Assembly (NCBI GenBank): GCA_947475205.1
Contig: CANJNG010000003.1
Location: 5,726 to 69,725, forward strand
Reading direction: 5' to 3'
DNA: 64,000 nucleotides
DNA from: Bacteroidota bacterium
GTDB lineage: Bacteria > Bacteroidota > Bacteroidia > JAIBAJ01
Translations under genes and position numbers: made by a program
Shown: positions 37,724 through 48,443 of the stretch, one piece after another
Layout of the letters: every line of letters begins with the position of its first letter
Numbering within the stretch: position 1 is the stretch's first letter
Notes under the pieces: model-generated
Told to the model about the DNA's origin: nothing
What the model saw: the letters and a program-made list of their open reading frames with translations, nothing else
The model's database searches: none

Positions 37724-38692
37724 TTATTTGGCGGAAATTATCCGCTTCAAACCATCGTCAAGCCCTGTGTTGGCCTGCCATCCAAGCAAATTGAGAGCTT
37801 TTTCGGTATTGGCTGATTTTGCCTGAATATCATCCTCACCATTTGCATAAAACTGTGGGATATGCCTAATGGGATATTCGTTTGGCAATTTCCTGAAAAG
37901 AGCAATGATTTTCTGTGCCAAATCATTTACCGATATTTCACTTTCTGCCGGCCCTTGAATATTGAATATTTGATTAGTCGATTTTTGGGTTTCTAACATC
38001 AACACTAATGCCCTAATCGCATCATCGATATAGGTGAAAACCCTTTTCTGTTCGCCTCTTCCGTGAATTTCGATGGGTTTTCCTGCTTTAATATTTTCGA
38101 TGAAGGCCGACTGAACGCCTCCCATCCAAGAAGGGTGTTGTCGTTTCCCATAAACACTGAAAAGTCGTGCTATGGTATAATCTAAGCCAAACTCCCGCCC
38201 GAAGGCAGCAAAGTAATGTTCGGAATGAAGCTTGGAGGCCGCATAAACCCAACGTTTATCTGTGGGGCTTCCAATTGAAACAGCTTCATTTTCAATAAAA
38301 GGAAGTTTAGATAATGGACCATACACCTCTGAAGTGGAGGCGAAAATTAATTTACACTTATGTTTTTTCCAAACGGCTGTAATCCACTCCAAGCCTTTAG
38401 CGGCAGAAGAAATGGTTTTAAATCCGCTGTCTTTTTCATCTCGTGGAATTTTGCCCGAAGCCAAATGATAGATTCCACCAAGTGAAACTTCTTTCTTTAA
38501 GTTCACTTTTTCAAAATCCTTTTGAATAAATGTGAAACGCGGGTTTTGAAGAATATCCACTAAATTTCTCAAAAACCCATTGGAAAGGTTATCAATCCCG
38601 ATAACGGAATAGCCTGATTTCAGAAGGCATTCGGCTAAATGACTGCCAATGAATCCGGCTACTCCGGTGATGAGAATCGTAGGTTTTTGCAA
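37724..38692 (-). CDS. NAD-dependent epimerase/dehydratase (UDP-sugar decarboxylase-like SDR)
   Basis: 'TGVAGFIGSH', 'FASTSEVYG', YxxxK 'YAASK'. Confidence 0.9.
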   Translation of the reverse strand: MQKPTILITGVAGFIGSHLAECLLKSGYSVIGIDNLSNGFLRNLVDILQNPRFTFIQKDFEKVNLKKEVSLGGIYHLASGKIPRDEKDSGFKTISSAAKGLEWITAVWKKHKCKLIFASTSEVYGPLSKLPFIENEAVSIGSPTDKRWVYAASKLHSEHYFAAFGREFGLDYTIARLFSVYGKRQHPSWMGGVQSAFIENIKAGKPIEIHGRGEQKRVFTYIDDAIRALVLMLETQKSTNQIFNIQGPAESEISVNDLAQKIIALFRKLPNEYPIRHIPQFYANGEDDIQAKSANTEKALNLLGWQANTGLDDGLKRIISAK

Positions 38693-38788
38693 TTAAAATC
38701 CAAACTACGAATGAAGTTTCAGCAGCCCGGATATAGCACGAAGATATTTAGAAATTATTGTGTCGGGTAAACATAAATGGAAATCTTG

Positions 38789-38845
38789 CAACAGAGGCAC
38801 AGAGAACACAGAGTTTCACGGAGTATACTCTGTGCCTCCGTGGTT
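38789..38845. repeat. Intergenic palindromic repeat built from CAGAG units (REP-like)
   Basis: ACAGAGGCACAGAGAACACAGAG...CTCTGTGCCTCCGTGG; about 9-nt internal period, with the two arms complementary. Confidence 0.7.
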
Positions 38846-38857
38846 AATTGTTTCCCT

Positions 38858-41716
38858 CTAAAACCTAAACACTACGCCTAAGGTGTAATACACTCCGGTA
38901 TAGTATTTCTGTTGCTGCTGGTCTTTTTTGCGGTCCAGTTTACCATCGCCGTTAGCATCTTGCAAAAGCAAAAAGGCTTGGTTTAAGATGTTTTGAGCCG
39001 CCGCTTTAATTTCAAGATGGCGTTTCCACACATATTTAGAAATGCTGATATCTAATGTTCCACGAGGCATTTCATAAATATCGGGTGTGCCATAAGTCCC
39101 CACTACACGGATTCGAGGGCCGGTAACATTATAAAGCACACTGGCACTAAAGCCGATGGTGTCGTTTTGATAATAGATTCCTCCGTTGATTGTATAGGGC
39201 GATTGTCCCATCATAGGGCGGCGGCGAGCCTGACCCGATGATTTTTCGCCTAAGTCCACTTCTGATTTGATATAAGTGCCATTAGCTACAACGGAGAAAT
39301 CTTTCCAAACTCCTTTCTTAGAAATGAAATCAAGCGATTTGCGAACTTCAATTTCTATCCCAATGCTTTTTGCCGAAAGAGCATTGCGGTAAGAGAAATT
39401 CCTAACTCCACCACCACCTGTACCGGGAACAAAATAGGTTTCGATGGGGTTTGTGAAGGTTTTGTAAAACACGCCCACATTAATCATTTCGCCACTTTGC
39501 GGATACCATTCCCAGCGGGCATCATAGTTTTGGATGGTGGATATCTTTATGCTGTCGTTACCGTAATTAACATTGTTGAAGCTGAAATCATAGAATGCAT
39601 AGGGGGCTAATTCTCTAAATTCGGGTCGATTGAGGGTTTTGCCATACGCTAAACGCATCAGCATTTTTTGGGTAATGTTTACGGTGAGGGTGGCCGAAGG
39701 CAAAACGCTAATAATGTGTTTATCTATAAACAAATCTTTGCTTTTAAGGTCTTTGCTGGTAAGCGATTGCCGATTGTCTTCTATTCTAGCACCGCCATAA
39801 AGCGTGGCATACTTTAGAATTGGAATTTCCAAAGCCCCATAGTAAGCATAGAGGTTGTTTGTGGCAGTGTAGCTGTCGGTGCCTTTGGTGTCTTCGGCAA
39901 TTTTCAACCCGTTTGTGTTGTTGATGTTTGTGTCGGCAAAGAGGGTGTTTATTGGTTGGGTTAAAAGTGCATAATTGTTATTTGTTGCAGCGGGTGAAGC
40001 AGCTGCATAGCCCAAGTTGCGAGCAGAGAACGAACGGTCTTTCAACTCGCCATAAAATCCGGCTTTGATGTGTGGAACAAAGTTTTCGGAAATTGGAATT
40101 TTTTGGTCAATATTTACATTGGCTGTTTTGATGTTTTCATTCAAATCAAAAAACAAACGACCCAAAAAGAACGGGCTTGCTGAAAAAGGAATATAGGCTT
40201 TATACTGCGTGCTGTCGGGTTCACGAGTGGTTTGTACACGTTTCCAGTCGGGATCTTTTCGCACCGAGCGGCTATAGGCCACAGTCCAATCAATGGAAGT
40301 GAGCTCGTTGAAGAGTTTGTGTGTTCCGCCGAGCTGTCCGGTGTATATGCTGCGGTTGAAATACCGGAAAGAATAATCCCGATGAATCATTCCTTCTTCG
40401 TTATTCAACCCTTCACGAATGGTGGTGGTATTATTGCCTATTTGGTTAAAAATATTCTTGAATTCTACCTTGTGTTTGGTGCCGAAACCAAAACTCCAGT
40501 TGTGTAAAATCCCTTCACGCACTTGGTTTATGTAAACGTGGTCGTTATAATCGAAGATGGTATCGCTTGATTGTTTTAAGCTATCGTAAGAGTTGTAATC
40601 TGTACGACGACTTGTATAACTTTGCTTGGTGTTGCTATAATTCAATGCCGTAATATGCCCCACTTTTACCTTTTCGCCTAAGTTAAATCTGCGGGCAAAT
40701 TCCAAATTGAATCGCATATCGGGGCTGGCGTTATGCGTTGTAGTGCCCCAATTGTTGTTCAGTTCACGTCCTAATCGGGTTAACTCGTTCTTACCTTCTT
40801 TGTTGTTGAGTCCTTTTAGGCTTTCAGGAAAATCGGTTGGCAAACTGCGGCTTCCACCATCAAAACCCAACCATTCGGTTTTGCTACCTTGGTTTACTAA
40901 AAACTCATTGAAGCTAGTTCCACCACGATATGAACCCGAAAGCCCAACCTTGATTTCATTTTTTTCGGGAACTGTTTTGGTAAACACTTTTATCACACCT
41001 CCGGCAAATTCGCCGGGAAGTTCGGGAGCGGGAGTTTTGTAAATCAATAAACGGTCGATTAGCGAGCTGGGAACCATATCGAAGGCAAATGCTTTTACAT
41101 CTGTTTCCACCGATGGCGAAGAGGTATTATTCAACCACACCATATTATAGCGTTCGGCTAAACCACGAATGTTTACATATTTATCGTCGATGATGGTAAC
41201 ACCGGGTACACGCTTAATCACCTCAGCAGCGTCTCTATCCTGGCTTTTAGCAATCTGCTGACTACCTATTCCACTCACTATTTGTTGTGACTGACGAATT
41301 TCCGCTATCACTGCCTTTTCTGTATTACGAATACGTTCGGCTTGCACAACAGTAGTCTGAAGCGTTTTTACATCGGCCTTCATAATGAAGTTCAACGATG
41401 CGTTTTCGCCCGGTTTAATCTGAACTTTTTGCGATGTGGGGATATATCCAACAAAAGTGGCCACCACTTCGAACGTTCCAGCAGGAAGCTCAAATCTGAA
41501 ATTACCATCGAAATCGGTAGTAGCTCCAAAGCTTGTGTTCGGAACGGCTACGTTAGCAAAAGCCACCGGAACTTCTTTACCGTTCAAAATCTCTACCACT
41601 TTCCCACTCAAACTTGCACTAAAAGCATCGTTTTCGGCAAAGCTACTGAGGGCTATAAATATAAAGTATAAACTAAGGACTATTCGTGTTTTCATTGCGA
41701 ATTTATAATTCTGCAA
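38858..41716 (-). CDS. TonB-dependent receptor
   Basis: N-terminal CarboxypepD_reg-like domain, plug 'QDRDAAEVIKRVPGV', beta-barrel, C-terminal Phe. Confidence 0.92.
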   Translation of the reverse strand: MQNYKFAMKTRIVLSLYFIFIALSSFAENDAFSASLSGKVVEILNGKEVPVAFANVAVPNTSFGATTDFDGNFRFELPAGTFEVVATFVGYIPTSQKVQIKPGENASLNFIMKADVKTLQTTVVQAERIRNTEKAVIAEIRQSQQIVSGIGSQQIAKSQDRDAAEVIKRVPGVTIIDDKYVNIRGLAERYNMVWLNNTSSPSVETDVKAFAFDMVPSSLIDRLLIYKTPAPELPGEFAGGVIKVFTKTVPEKNEIKVGLSGSYRGGTSFNEFLVNQGSKTEWLGFDGGSRSLPTDFPESLKGLNNKEGKNELTRLGRELNNNWGTTTHNASPDMRFNLEFARRFNLGEKVKVGHITALNYSNTKQSYTSRRTDYNSYDSLKQSSDTIFDYNDHVYINQVREGILHNWSFGFGTKHKVEFKNIFNQIGNNTTTIREGLNNEEGMIHRDYSFRYFNRSIYTGQLGGTHKLFNELTSIDWTVAYSRSVRKDPDWKRVQTTREPDSTQYKAYIPFSASPFFLGRLFFDLNENIKTANVNIDQKIPISENFVPHIKAGFYGELKDRSFSARNLGYAAASPAATNNNYALLTQPINTLFADTNINNTNGLKIAEDTKGTDSYTATNNLYAYYGALEIPILKYATLYGGARIEDNRQSLTSKDLKSKDLFIDKHIISVLPSATLTVNITQKMLMRLAYGKTLNRPEFRELAPYAFYDFSFNNVNYGNDSIKISTIQNYDARWEWYPQSGEMINVGVFYKTFTNPIETYFVPGTGGGGVRNFSYRNALSAKSIGIEIEVRKSLDFISKKGVWKDFSVVANGTYIKSEVDLGEKSSGQARRRPMMGQSPYTINGGIYYQNDTIGFSASVLYNVTGPRIRVVGTYGTPDIYEMPRGTLDISISKYVWKRHLEIKAAAQNILNQAFLLLQDANGDGKLDRKKDQQQQKYYTGVYYTLGVVFRF

Positions 41717-41800
41717 ATCAACAACGGCAATTTCACCTCAATATTTCGGCAAGGTTAAGGATATGTTATGTAAGGCTGTTTGTACTTATGGATTAGACCC

Positions 41801-44506
41801 TTAAAACAAATCCATCGTGGTTTGCTTGGGAGGGAAAAATGGTGGCTTAGGCTGAGGGTTGTCGGGGTCGCTATTGCTCCCTGTATTTAAGTCCTCATCC
41901 CCACCATTTTCGGGGGCATCATTACTTTCAGCTAAATTAATAGGCGTTGCCACTATGGGTTCGGGTTCTTCTTCCGCAGGTAGCGGTTCAAGTAGATTTA
42001 TCTCTTTTACCTTGCGGTTTGTAAGCCTGTTGCCTTTTGCCTTAAAGCCTTTCACATCAATAAACTCGTGGGCATTTATTACTTCCTTGGGTAATTCGCC
42101 ATTGATTTTCCCCTCCATATAAATGAGTTCTAAAACCGGGAACATATCGCTACTAACAATCTCAAGTCTTGAACCTTCAGCCTCGCCAATAAAGATAACT
42201 TTCTTGTCGGAAGGCTCAGGCAGGAAGCGTTTAATATTAAACTGTTTGTTCTCCTGATCCCAATACACCGCTGTAATGGGTTTTCGTGGGTTGAATTTCT
42301 CGATAAGAATCAAATCCTCATCGAAGTGATTGCTCAGGTCGAAACCATAGAGGCGATAATGCCCGCTTTGGTAAACGATCAAAATTTTATCATCACCCGA
42401 AAAACGGCCAAGCAGCGTACCTCGCCCATCAGCGTTGAGGCGTTGCACACTATCATCAAACCAAATTTGACGGGCGGCCAAAGTGGAAACACCTTTTTCC
42501 TTTTGAATGATTTTCCGAACCTCTTCTTTTGTTAAGATATTCCCCTGGGCATCGCGGCCTTTGATGCTTTGTTCGCCAAAATCAACATCAAATTGCACCT
42601 TTTTAAGGTTCGGGCGTGGCCGAAGCTGAATGGTTACCAGTTCGCTTTCTCCGTTTGGATTAGCAGTGAAATAAACAATCTTGCTATCCTTAGTTCCTTT
42701 CGTTAGGGGATATTCCTTATCGCGGGTAGTGCCGGTTACAGCAAACCGCTTGATGTATTTTGCACCGTATTTCCCATCCCTGTAAATCATATTGTAGATG
42801 GTGCGGTTATCGCTCTTCTTGAAAACAGCAATATGGATTATATTTTTCCCCACGAAAGCCTTCTCGGAAACCTTGGTAACTATCATCGTGCCGTCTTCGC
42901 GGAAAACGATAATGTCATCGATATCGGAGCAATCGCTCACATACTCATCTTTCTTAATTCCAAATCCTGCAAAGCCTTCCACACGGTTTACATAAAGTTT
43001 TTCGTTGGCCACAGCCACACGGGTAGCCACAATATTGTCGAAAGGGCGAATCTCGGTTTTGCGTTCGCGGCCTTTGCCATACTTCTTTTTCAGATTCTTG
43101 TAATAATCAATAGCGAAGTCGATAATATTAGCCAAATGATGATTTATCTCCGCAATCTGCTCAGTGAGTTTCCTCATTTTTTCATCGGCAGCCGAAGAAT
43201 CAAAACGAGTAATCCGAATCATCGGGATTTGGGTTAAGCGTTCGAAATCGGCTTCAACAATCTCCCGAAAAAGGTTCTTTTTGTGAGGTTCAAATCGTTT
43301 ATCTAAATACACAAAAAGGTCGGGCTTGTTGTCGTATTCCTTGAATGGAATATACATTTCCTCGTTGATGAAAATCTGTTCGAGCGAAGCAAAATAGAAA
43401 TCTTCTTCCAATTCAGCCTTGCGTATTTCCAACTCACGTTTCAGTAAGTAGAGGGTGTTTTGGGTGCAGATTTTCAGAATTTCATTCACCCCTATAAAAT
43501 GCGGCCTGTCTTTTTGAATAATGCAGGCATTGGGGGAAATAGAAATTTCGCAATCGGTGAAGGCGTAGAGTGCATCTATGGTCTTGTCGGGCGAAATGCC
43601 GGGAGCAAGATGGATAACTATTTCTACGTTTTCGGAGGTGTTGTCCTCCACTTTTCTCACCTTGATTTTCTCTTTGTCGTTAGCTTTGAGAATGGTGTCA
43701 ATCAGTGAAGAGGTAGTAGTCCCAAACGGAATTTCGGTAATAACGAGGGTCTTCTTATCAAGCTGATTAATCTTGGCTCGCACCCGCACCTTCCCGCCTC
43801 GCAATCCATTGTTGTAATTGGTAAAATCGGCAAATCCGCCCGTAGGGAAATCGGGCATAATGTTGGTGGGTTTTCCTCTCAGAATATCAATCGAAGCGTC
43901 AATAAGTTCGATGAAATTATGTGGAAGAATTTTACAAGCCAACCCAACTGCAATCCCTTCAACGCCTTGGGCAAGCAATAATGGAAATTTGATGGGAAGC
44001 GTTACCGGTTCTTTATTGCGGCCATCGTAGCTCAATTTCCAAACGGTGGTTTTGGGATTAAACGCTACTTCAAGAGCAAACTTGCTTAGTCGGGCCTCGA
44101 TATAACGGGCCGCAGCAGCAGAGTCGCCGGTGAGCGTGTTGCCCCAGTTTCCCTGGCAATCTACCATTATATCCTTTTGGCCAATACCCACCAATGCATC
44201 ACCGATAGACACATCGCCGTGGGGGTGATACTTCATGGTGTGGCCTATAATATTGGCCACCTTGTTATAGCGGCCGTCTTCCAACTCCCACATGGCGTGC
44301 ATCAGGCGGCGTTGAACGGGTTTTAGTCCATCGTCCACATAAGGCACGGCACGTTCTAAAATTACATAGCTGGCATAGTCGAGAAACCAGTTTTGATACA
44401 TCCCCGACACCTTGATAACGTTGTGTTCGCCATCATGCGTGGCTTGCTCTTCAGGCTGAACGTTGTCTTCGTTATCGGGTAAAAGTGGCTCTGCTTCTTC
44501 GCTCAT
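41801..44506 (-). CDS. parC: DNA topoisomerase IV subunit A
   Basis: 'FLDYASYVILERAVP..DDGLKPVQRR', 'YHPHGD', active-site 'AARYIEARL'; no GyrA-box seen; acidic tail. Confidence 0.88.
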   Translation of the reverse strand: MSEEAEPLLPDNEDNVQPEEQATHDGEHNVIKVSGMYQNWFLDYASYVILERAVPYVDDGLKPVQRRLMHAMWELEDGRYNKVANIIGHTMKYHPHGDVSIGDALVGIGQKDIMVDCQGNWGNTLTGDSAAAARYIEARLSKFALEVAFNPKTTVWKLSYDGRNKEPVTLPIKFPLLLAQGVEGIAVGLACKILPHNFIELIDASIDILRGKPTNIMPDFPTGGFADFTNYNNGLRGGKVRVRAKINQLDKKTLVITEIPFGTTTSSLIDTILKANDKEKIKVRKVEDNTSENVEIVIHLAPGISPDKTIDALYAFTDCEISISPNACIIQKDRPHFIGVNEILKICTQNTLYLLKRELEIRKAELEEDFYFASLEQIFINEEMYIPFKEYDNKPDLFVYLDKRFEPHKKNLFREIVEADFERLTQIPMIRITRFDSSAADEKMRKLTEQIAEINHHLANIIDFAIDYYKNLKKKYGKGRERKTEIRPFDNIVATRVAVANEKLYVNRVEGFAGFGIKKDEYVSDCSDIDDIIVFREDGTMIVTKVSEKAFVGKNIIHIAVFKKSDNRTIYNMIYRDGKYGAKYIKRFAVTGTTRDKEYPLTKGTKDSKIVYFTANPNGESELVTIQLRPRPNLKKVQFDVDFGEQSIKGRDAQGNILTKEEVRKIIQKEKGVSTLAARQIWFDDSVQRLNADGRGTLLGRFSGDDKILIVYQSGHYRLYGFDLSNHFDEDLILIEKFNPRKPITAVYWDQENKQFNIKRFLPEPSDKKVIFIGEAEGSRLEIVSSDMFPVLELIYMEGKINGELPKEVINAHEFIDVKGFKAKGNRLTNRKVKEINLLEPLPAEEEPEPIVATPINLAESNDAPENGGDEDLNTGSNSDPDNPQPKPPFFPPKQTTMDLF

Positions 44507-44783
44507 CGGGGCTTTAAATCCAAAATAAAATTTGGAGTGTAAAAATAGTAGCTTAGCACTAATAGAATATGTTTGAGAGGGTTTATTTTAAACAGATTTT
44601 TGAACAGTTTAAAACTGACCACGACCAGAATTGCGTATCAACTTTAGGGATATTATTATGTCTGTAGCACCAATTATGGGTTCTGTGCTTTTTCTATCTT
44701 TGTCATCAACTTCGACATTTTCATTTGTATTAGTTAACCTTTAGCACAATTGGAGAAGGTAAGAAGGAGAGGTGATTTAATCT

Positions 44784-46238
44784 ATGAAAAGTAATAACAT
44801 TAGAAACAGTCCAATTAGTATAGTTCAAGGCGATACTTCAATTTCGTCGGCTGATTTTAATGTAATCGTTAATCAATTTCGTTATGAGTTGCTCAATAGT
44901 GGAGTAAAAGAGCAGCAGGTAATTGCCGTAAAAGGTGAAAACAGCATTGACTTCATTATAGCCATGTATGCCGTGATGGCTGCCGGAGCAATAGCCCTGC
45001 CGGTGTATCATTTATCGGGAAAGGACGAATGGCAGGAAATGCTGAAAAAAGCTAACGTAGCTTGGGCGATTTTCCAAAACAAATTCATTCCTCAAGAATC
45101 AAAACTCAAGATTTTGGATGTTGAGAAATACACTTTTGGATTAGAAAAGTTTGAAAGTTCAGTTGACGCAGCTCTCCTCCATTCAAAGGGGGAGTTGGAG
45201 GGGGTTTCAAACAAAAAATTCCATAACAGAGAAAGCCCACCTCGGTTCATTCGCTTCACGAGTGGCACTACCGGGGCGGCAAAAGGCGTTTTATTATCCG
45301 AAAGAAGTATAGAAGAACGCATTGAGGCTGCCAACAAAACGTTAAACCTCGGCCCAAACGATACCGTACTTTGGGTGCTTCCAATGGCATTTCACTTTGT
45401 AGTTTCTATAATGCTATATGTTCGGTTTGGAGTTAAGATAGTTATTGCAAACAGCAATCTTCCGTCAGATTTGTTGACTTTAGCCGAAACCCATCAAGCC
45501 ACGTTTCTCTATTTAAGCCCCCTGCACATTAAATTCTTCGCTTCGGCTAAGGTGGAAAACTTCCCAAAATCCATCAAAACAGTTATTTCAACCTCGGCCG
45601 GTGCAAATACCGAAGACTGCAAAAAATTCTTTCAGCTTTACGGAATACCTGTTTCGCAGGCGTATGGCATCATTGAATTAGGTTTACCGATTATCAATTT
45701 AAACGATGCCGAACACTTTCCCAATTCGGCGGGGAAGGCAACGCCCGGCTATGAAGTAGGTATTTTAGATGAAAACCTAAACCCCTTAAGTTTTGGCAAA
45801 CAAGGAAAATTAGCGATTAAGGGAGTCGGAATGTTTGAAGCGTATTTAGCACCCTGGAAGCCTAAAAATGATGTATTGCAAAATGGCTGGTTCTTAACCG
45901 GCGATATTGCCGAAACAGATAGTGAGGGACGGGTATTTATCAAAGGACGCGAAAAATCAATGATAAACCTTAGCGGTCTGAAAGTGTTTCCAGAAGAGGT
46001 TGAAGCGGTAATTAACCAAATAAAAGGTGTGGAAACATGTCGGGTTTATGGAGTTACGGATTCAAAAATGCAGGAAACCCTCGAAGCCGAAGTAGTAATA
46101 AGCGATAAAACCACTTTAACCGAATCAGACATTAAACAAACCTGCCGAATGCATTTGGCGATGTATAAAATTCCAACAAAAATCTACTTTGTGGAAACAA
46201 TTACCGAAACACAAAGCGGGAAAGTGAAACGGGGGTAG
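44784..46238 (+). CDS. Class I adenylate-forming enzyme (acyl-CoA/acyl-ACP ligase)
   Basis: 'FTSGTTGAAKGV', 'AYGIIE', 'TGDI', 'GREK', 'KVFPEEVE', terminal 'SGKVKR'. Confidence 0.92.
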   Translation: MKSNNIRNSPISIVQGDTSISSADFNVIVNQFRYELLNSGVKEQQVIAVKGENSIDFIIAMYAVMAAGAIALPVYHLSGKDEWQEMLKKANVAWAIFQNKFIPQESKLKILDVEKYTFGLEKFESSVDAALLHSKGELEGVSNKKFHNRESPPRFIRFTSGTTGAAKGVLLSERSIEERIEAANKTLNLGPNDTVLWVLPMAFHFVVSIMLYVRFGVKIVIANSNLPSDLLTLAETHQATFLYLSPLHIKFFASAKVENFPKSIKTVISTSAGANTEDCKKFFQLYGIPVSQAYGIIELGLPIINLNDAEHFPNSAGKATPGYEVGILDENLNPLSFGKQGKLAIKGVGMFEAYLAPWKPKNDVLQNGWFLTGDIAETDSEGRVFIKGREKSMINLSGLKVFPEEVEAVINQIKGVETCRVYGVTDSKMQETLEAEVVISDKTTLTESDIKQTCRMHLAMYKIPTKIYFVETITETQSGKVKRG

Positions 46239-46262
46239 GGAATGGGTTGGACTTAATCAAAC

Positions 46263-48335
46263 GTGCTTTTTCGGCATTTCATACTGAAACAGGAAAACAG
46301 CTTAATTTGTATTTCAAAACCCATAGTTAAACTAATGTTCAAAAGACTACTTCCACTTTTGGTTTTTATCCTAAGTGGACAGTTTATTCTTAGCCAAAAC
46401 CTTGTGCCTAATGGAGATTTTGAGGGTTATACGTCGTTACCCAATTCATCTGGCGAATGGTATCGGTGTATTGGATGGTCAAATGTAAACGGGGTCCAAC
46501 CAACGGTATGGCCAAATCCAACTACTGATTATTATAATAGTATGGCTTCGGGAGCGTTTGGGTTGCCGAATGCTCTCTTTTTGACTGTTTACCCCTATTC
46601 AGGAAATGGAGTTATGGGTATAGTTGTTAGAGGAAATGAACCCGAATACCGAGAATATATTTCTAGCCGTTTATATTTACCTTTAGAAATTGGTAAAACC
46701 TACAATGTTTCATTTGCAATAACTAGTGGCATTCCTAATCCTGAGTATTTAGGATGTAGTAGCAATCATATTGGTTTACGATTCTCAAATTCTGCATTAA
46801 CGCAGTCAGAACATGAACCCATAGGTGGTATTCCGCAATTTGAAATTTTAGGAGAGTTTTGGGATACTTCATGGCAGGTTTTTACATTCAATTTTACAGC
46901 CGATTCTGCTTATGAATTCATAACATTCGGCAATTTTTATAGCGACTCCGTAACCTCATATACACAAAGGGTAATAGGCAGTTTAGATGGTGCATATAAT
47001 GTGTTTGATAAAATTGAAATAGTTCCAACCGGATTGTTTATTTGGGGAGATGTTAATGTATGTAGAGGACATACTGTGATATTGAGAGCCTACAATGGCT
47101 CTTCTTATGCTTGGGCAAATAGTTTAAGTCCCAATTCCATTATTTCTACCGATTCAATGATTGCTGTGGAGGCAACAGAAAACTCCATTTATTATGTTTA
47201 CAGTAATGGTGATACAGCATCGTTTACAATAACAGTTGAAGACCCGTTGCCTTCATCTATTTTCGGCAATGATACGACAGTGTGCAATGGACTTAACATA
47301 ACCTTAGATGCAACCACCCCTGGGGCTACCTCCTATGTGTGGACAAGTGAAGGCTATCTATCTGCTCCTACTTTTATTACGCCCCACCCCGACTATTATG
47401 TTGTAGATGTTGGCAACAGCTGTGGAACAGTAACTGATGGTATAGAGGTTGACATAGTTTCCTACAACCAAACTGTAAATTTAGGCCCCGATGCTACATA
47501 TTGCGATGAGGATACCATAACTTTAGACGCAACCTTGCAACAATACAATACTTATTTATGGCAGGATGGCTCAACCAATTTTACATTTACTGTTACTCAA
47601 AGCGGCACCTACTGGGCTAGAGAGACCAATGTATGTGGCAGCAGATCCGATACCATTCATCTCGTTTTTGCCAACACCCCTGTTATCGAACTAGGTGCAA
47701 ATATTTCTCTTTGCCAGGATTCCGTTGTGCTTTATGGCGGCTCAGCCTCAAGCTATTTATGGTCAACCGGCTCTACCGATTCTTCCATTACCGTTTCCAC
47801 CACCGGAACATATACCCTGCAAGCCAGTAATAGCAATTGTTCTGATGTAGATGCCGTGCAGGTTATTGTTCATCCTGCCCCTTCTGCTCAAATTATCCAA
47901 AATGGCAACGAAATAACTGGAAATGGAAATGGTAGTTTTCAGTGGTATTTCAATGGTGAAGTTATTCCCAGCCAAACAGACACCACCTACACCATTACTC
48001 AAAGCGGTTCCTATTATGTTGTTGCCACGACTTCAACAGATTGCTATGTACAATCAAACACACTCGAACTTACCTATATTGGAATAGAGGAGGCTTTACT
48101 TTCAGGTTTTCGGACTTATCCAAATCCTGTAGGTCAAATGTTGTATATCGAAAACACCAAAAGCGAACCTAAAACTGTTAGCCTTTATGATGTGTTGGGG
48201 CGAAAAATGCTGGAAGAAATTTTTGAAGGAGGGCAAACTCACACAATTGATTTCTCTAAGTTTTCTAAAGGGATTTATGTTATTTGCTTTCAACTGAAAG
48301 GTGTAGCGATAAGAAAGAGACTTGTAAAAGAATAA
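46263..48335 (+). CDS. T9SS type A sorting domain protein with N-terminal carbohydrate-binding-like domain and Ig-like repeats
   Basis: 'QNLVPNGDFE', repeated 'YLWSTGS/YLWQDGS' modules, CTD 'YPNP...LYDVLGRK...GIYVI'. Start may be 46335. Confidence 0.85.
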   Translation: MLFRHFILKQENSLICISKPIVKLMFKRLLPLLVFILSGQFILSQNLVPNGDFEGYTSLPNSSGEWYRCIGWSNVNGVQPTVWPNPTTDYYNSMASGAFGLPNALFLTVYPYSGNGVMGIVVRGNEPEYREYISSRLYLPLEIGKTYNVSFAITSGIPNPEYLGCSSNHIGLRFSNSALTQSEHEPIGGIPQFEILGEFWDTSWQVFTFNFTADSAYEFITFGNFYSDSVTSYTQRVIGSLDGAYNVFDKIEIVPTGLFIWGDVNVCRGHTVILRAYNGSSYAWANSLSPNSIISTDSMIAVEATENSIYYVYSNGDTASFTITVEDPLPSSIFGNDTTVCNGLNITLDATTPGATSYVWTSEGYLSAPTFITPHPDYYVVDVGNSCGTVTDGIEVDIVSYNQTVNLGPDATYCDEDTITLDATLQQYNTYLWQDGSTNFTFTVTQSGTYWARETNVCGSRSDTIHLVFANTPVIELGANISLCQDSVVLYGGSASSYLWSTGSTDSSITVSTTGTYTLQASNSNCSDVDAVQVIVHPAPSAQIIQNGNEITGNGNGSFQWYFNGEVIPSQTDTTYTITQSGSYYVVATTSTDCYVQSNTLELTYIGIEEALLSGFRTYPNPVGQMLYIENTKSEPKTVSLYDVLGRKMLEEIFEGGQTHTIDFSKFSKGIYVICFQLKGVAIRKRLVKE

Positions 48336-48396
48336 TGTCTTTGTCTAATCATCATTCCTTCTGTTTTAGTTTCAGTACGCTAAGAGTACCGAGCAT

Positions 48397-48423
48397 AAAA
48401 AAAGCCGCTTTATGCGGCTTTTT
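48397..48423. terminator. Bidirectional intrinsic terminator
   Basis: AAAAAAAGCCGC-tttat-GCGGCTTTTT between convergent genes. Confidence 0.8.
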
Positions 48424-48443
48424 CAAATTCGATAATCCTTAGA

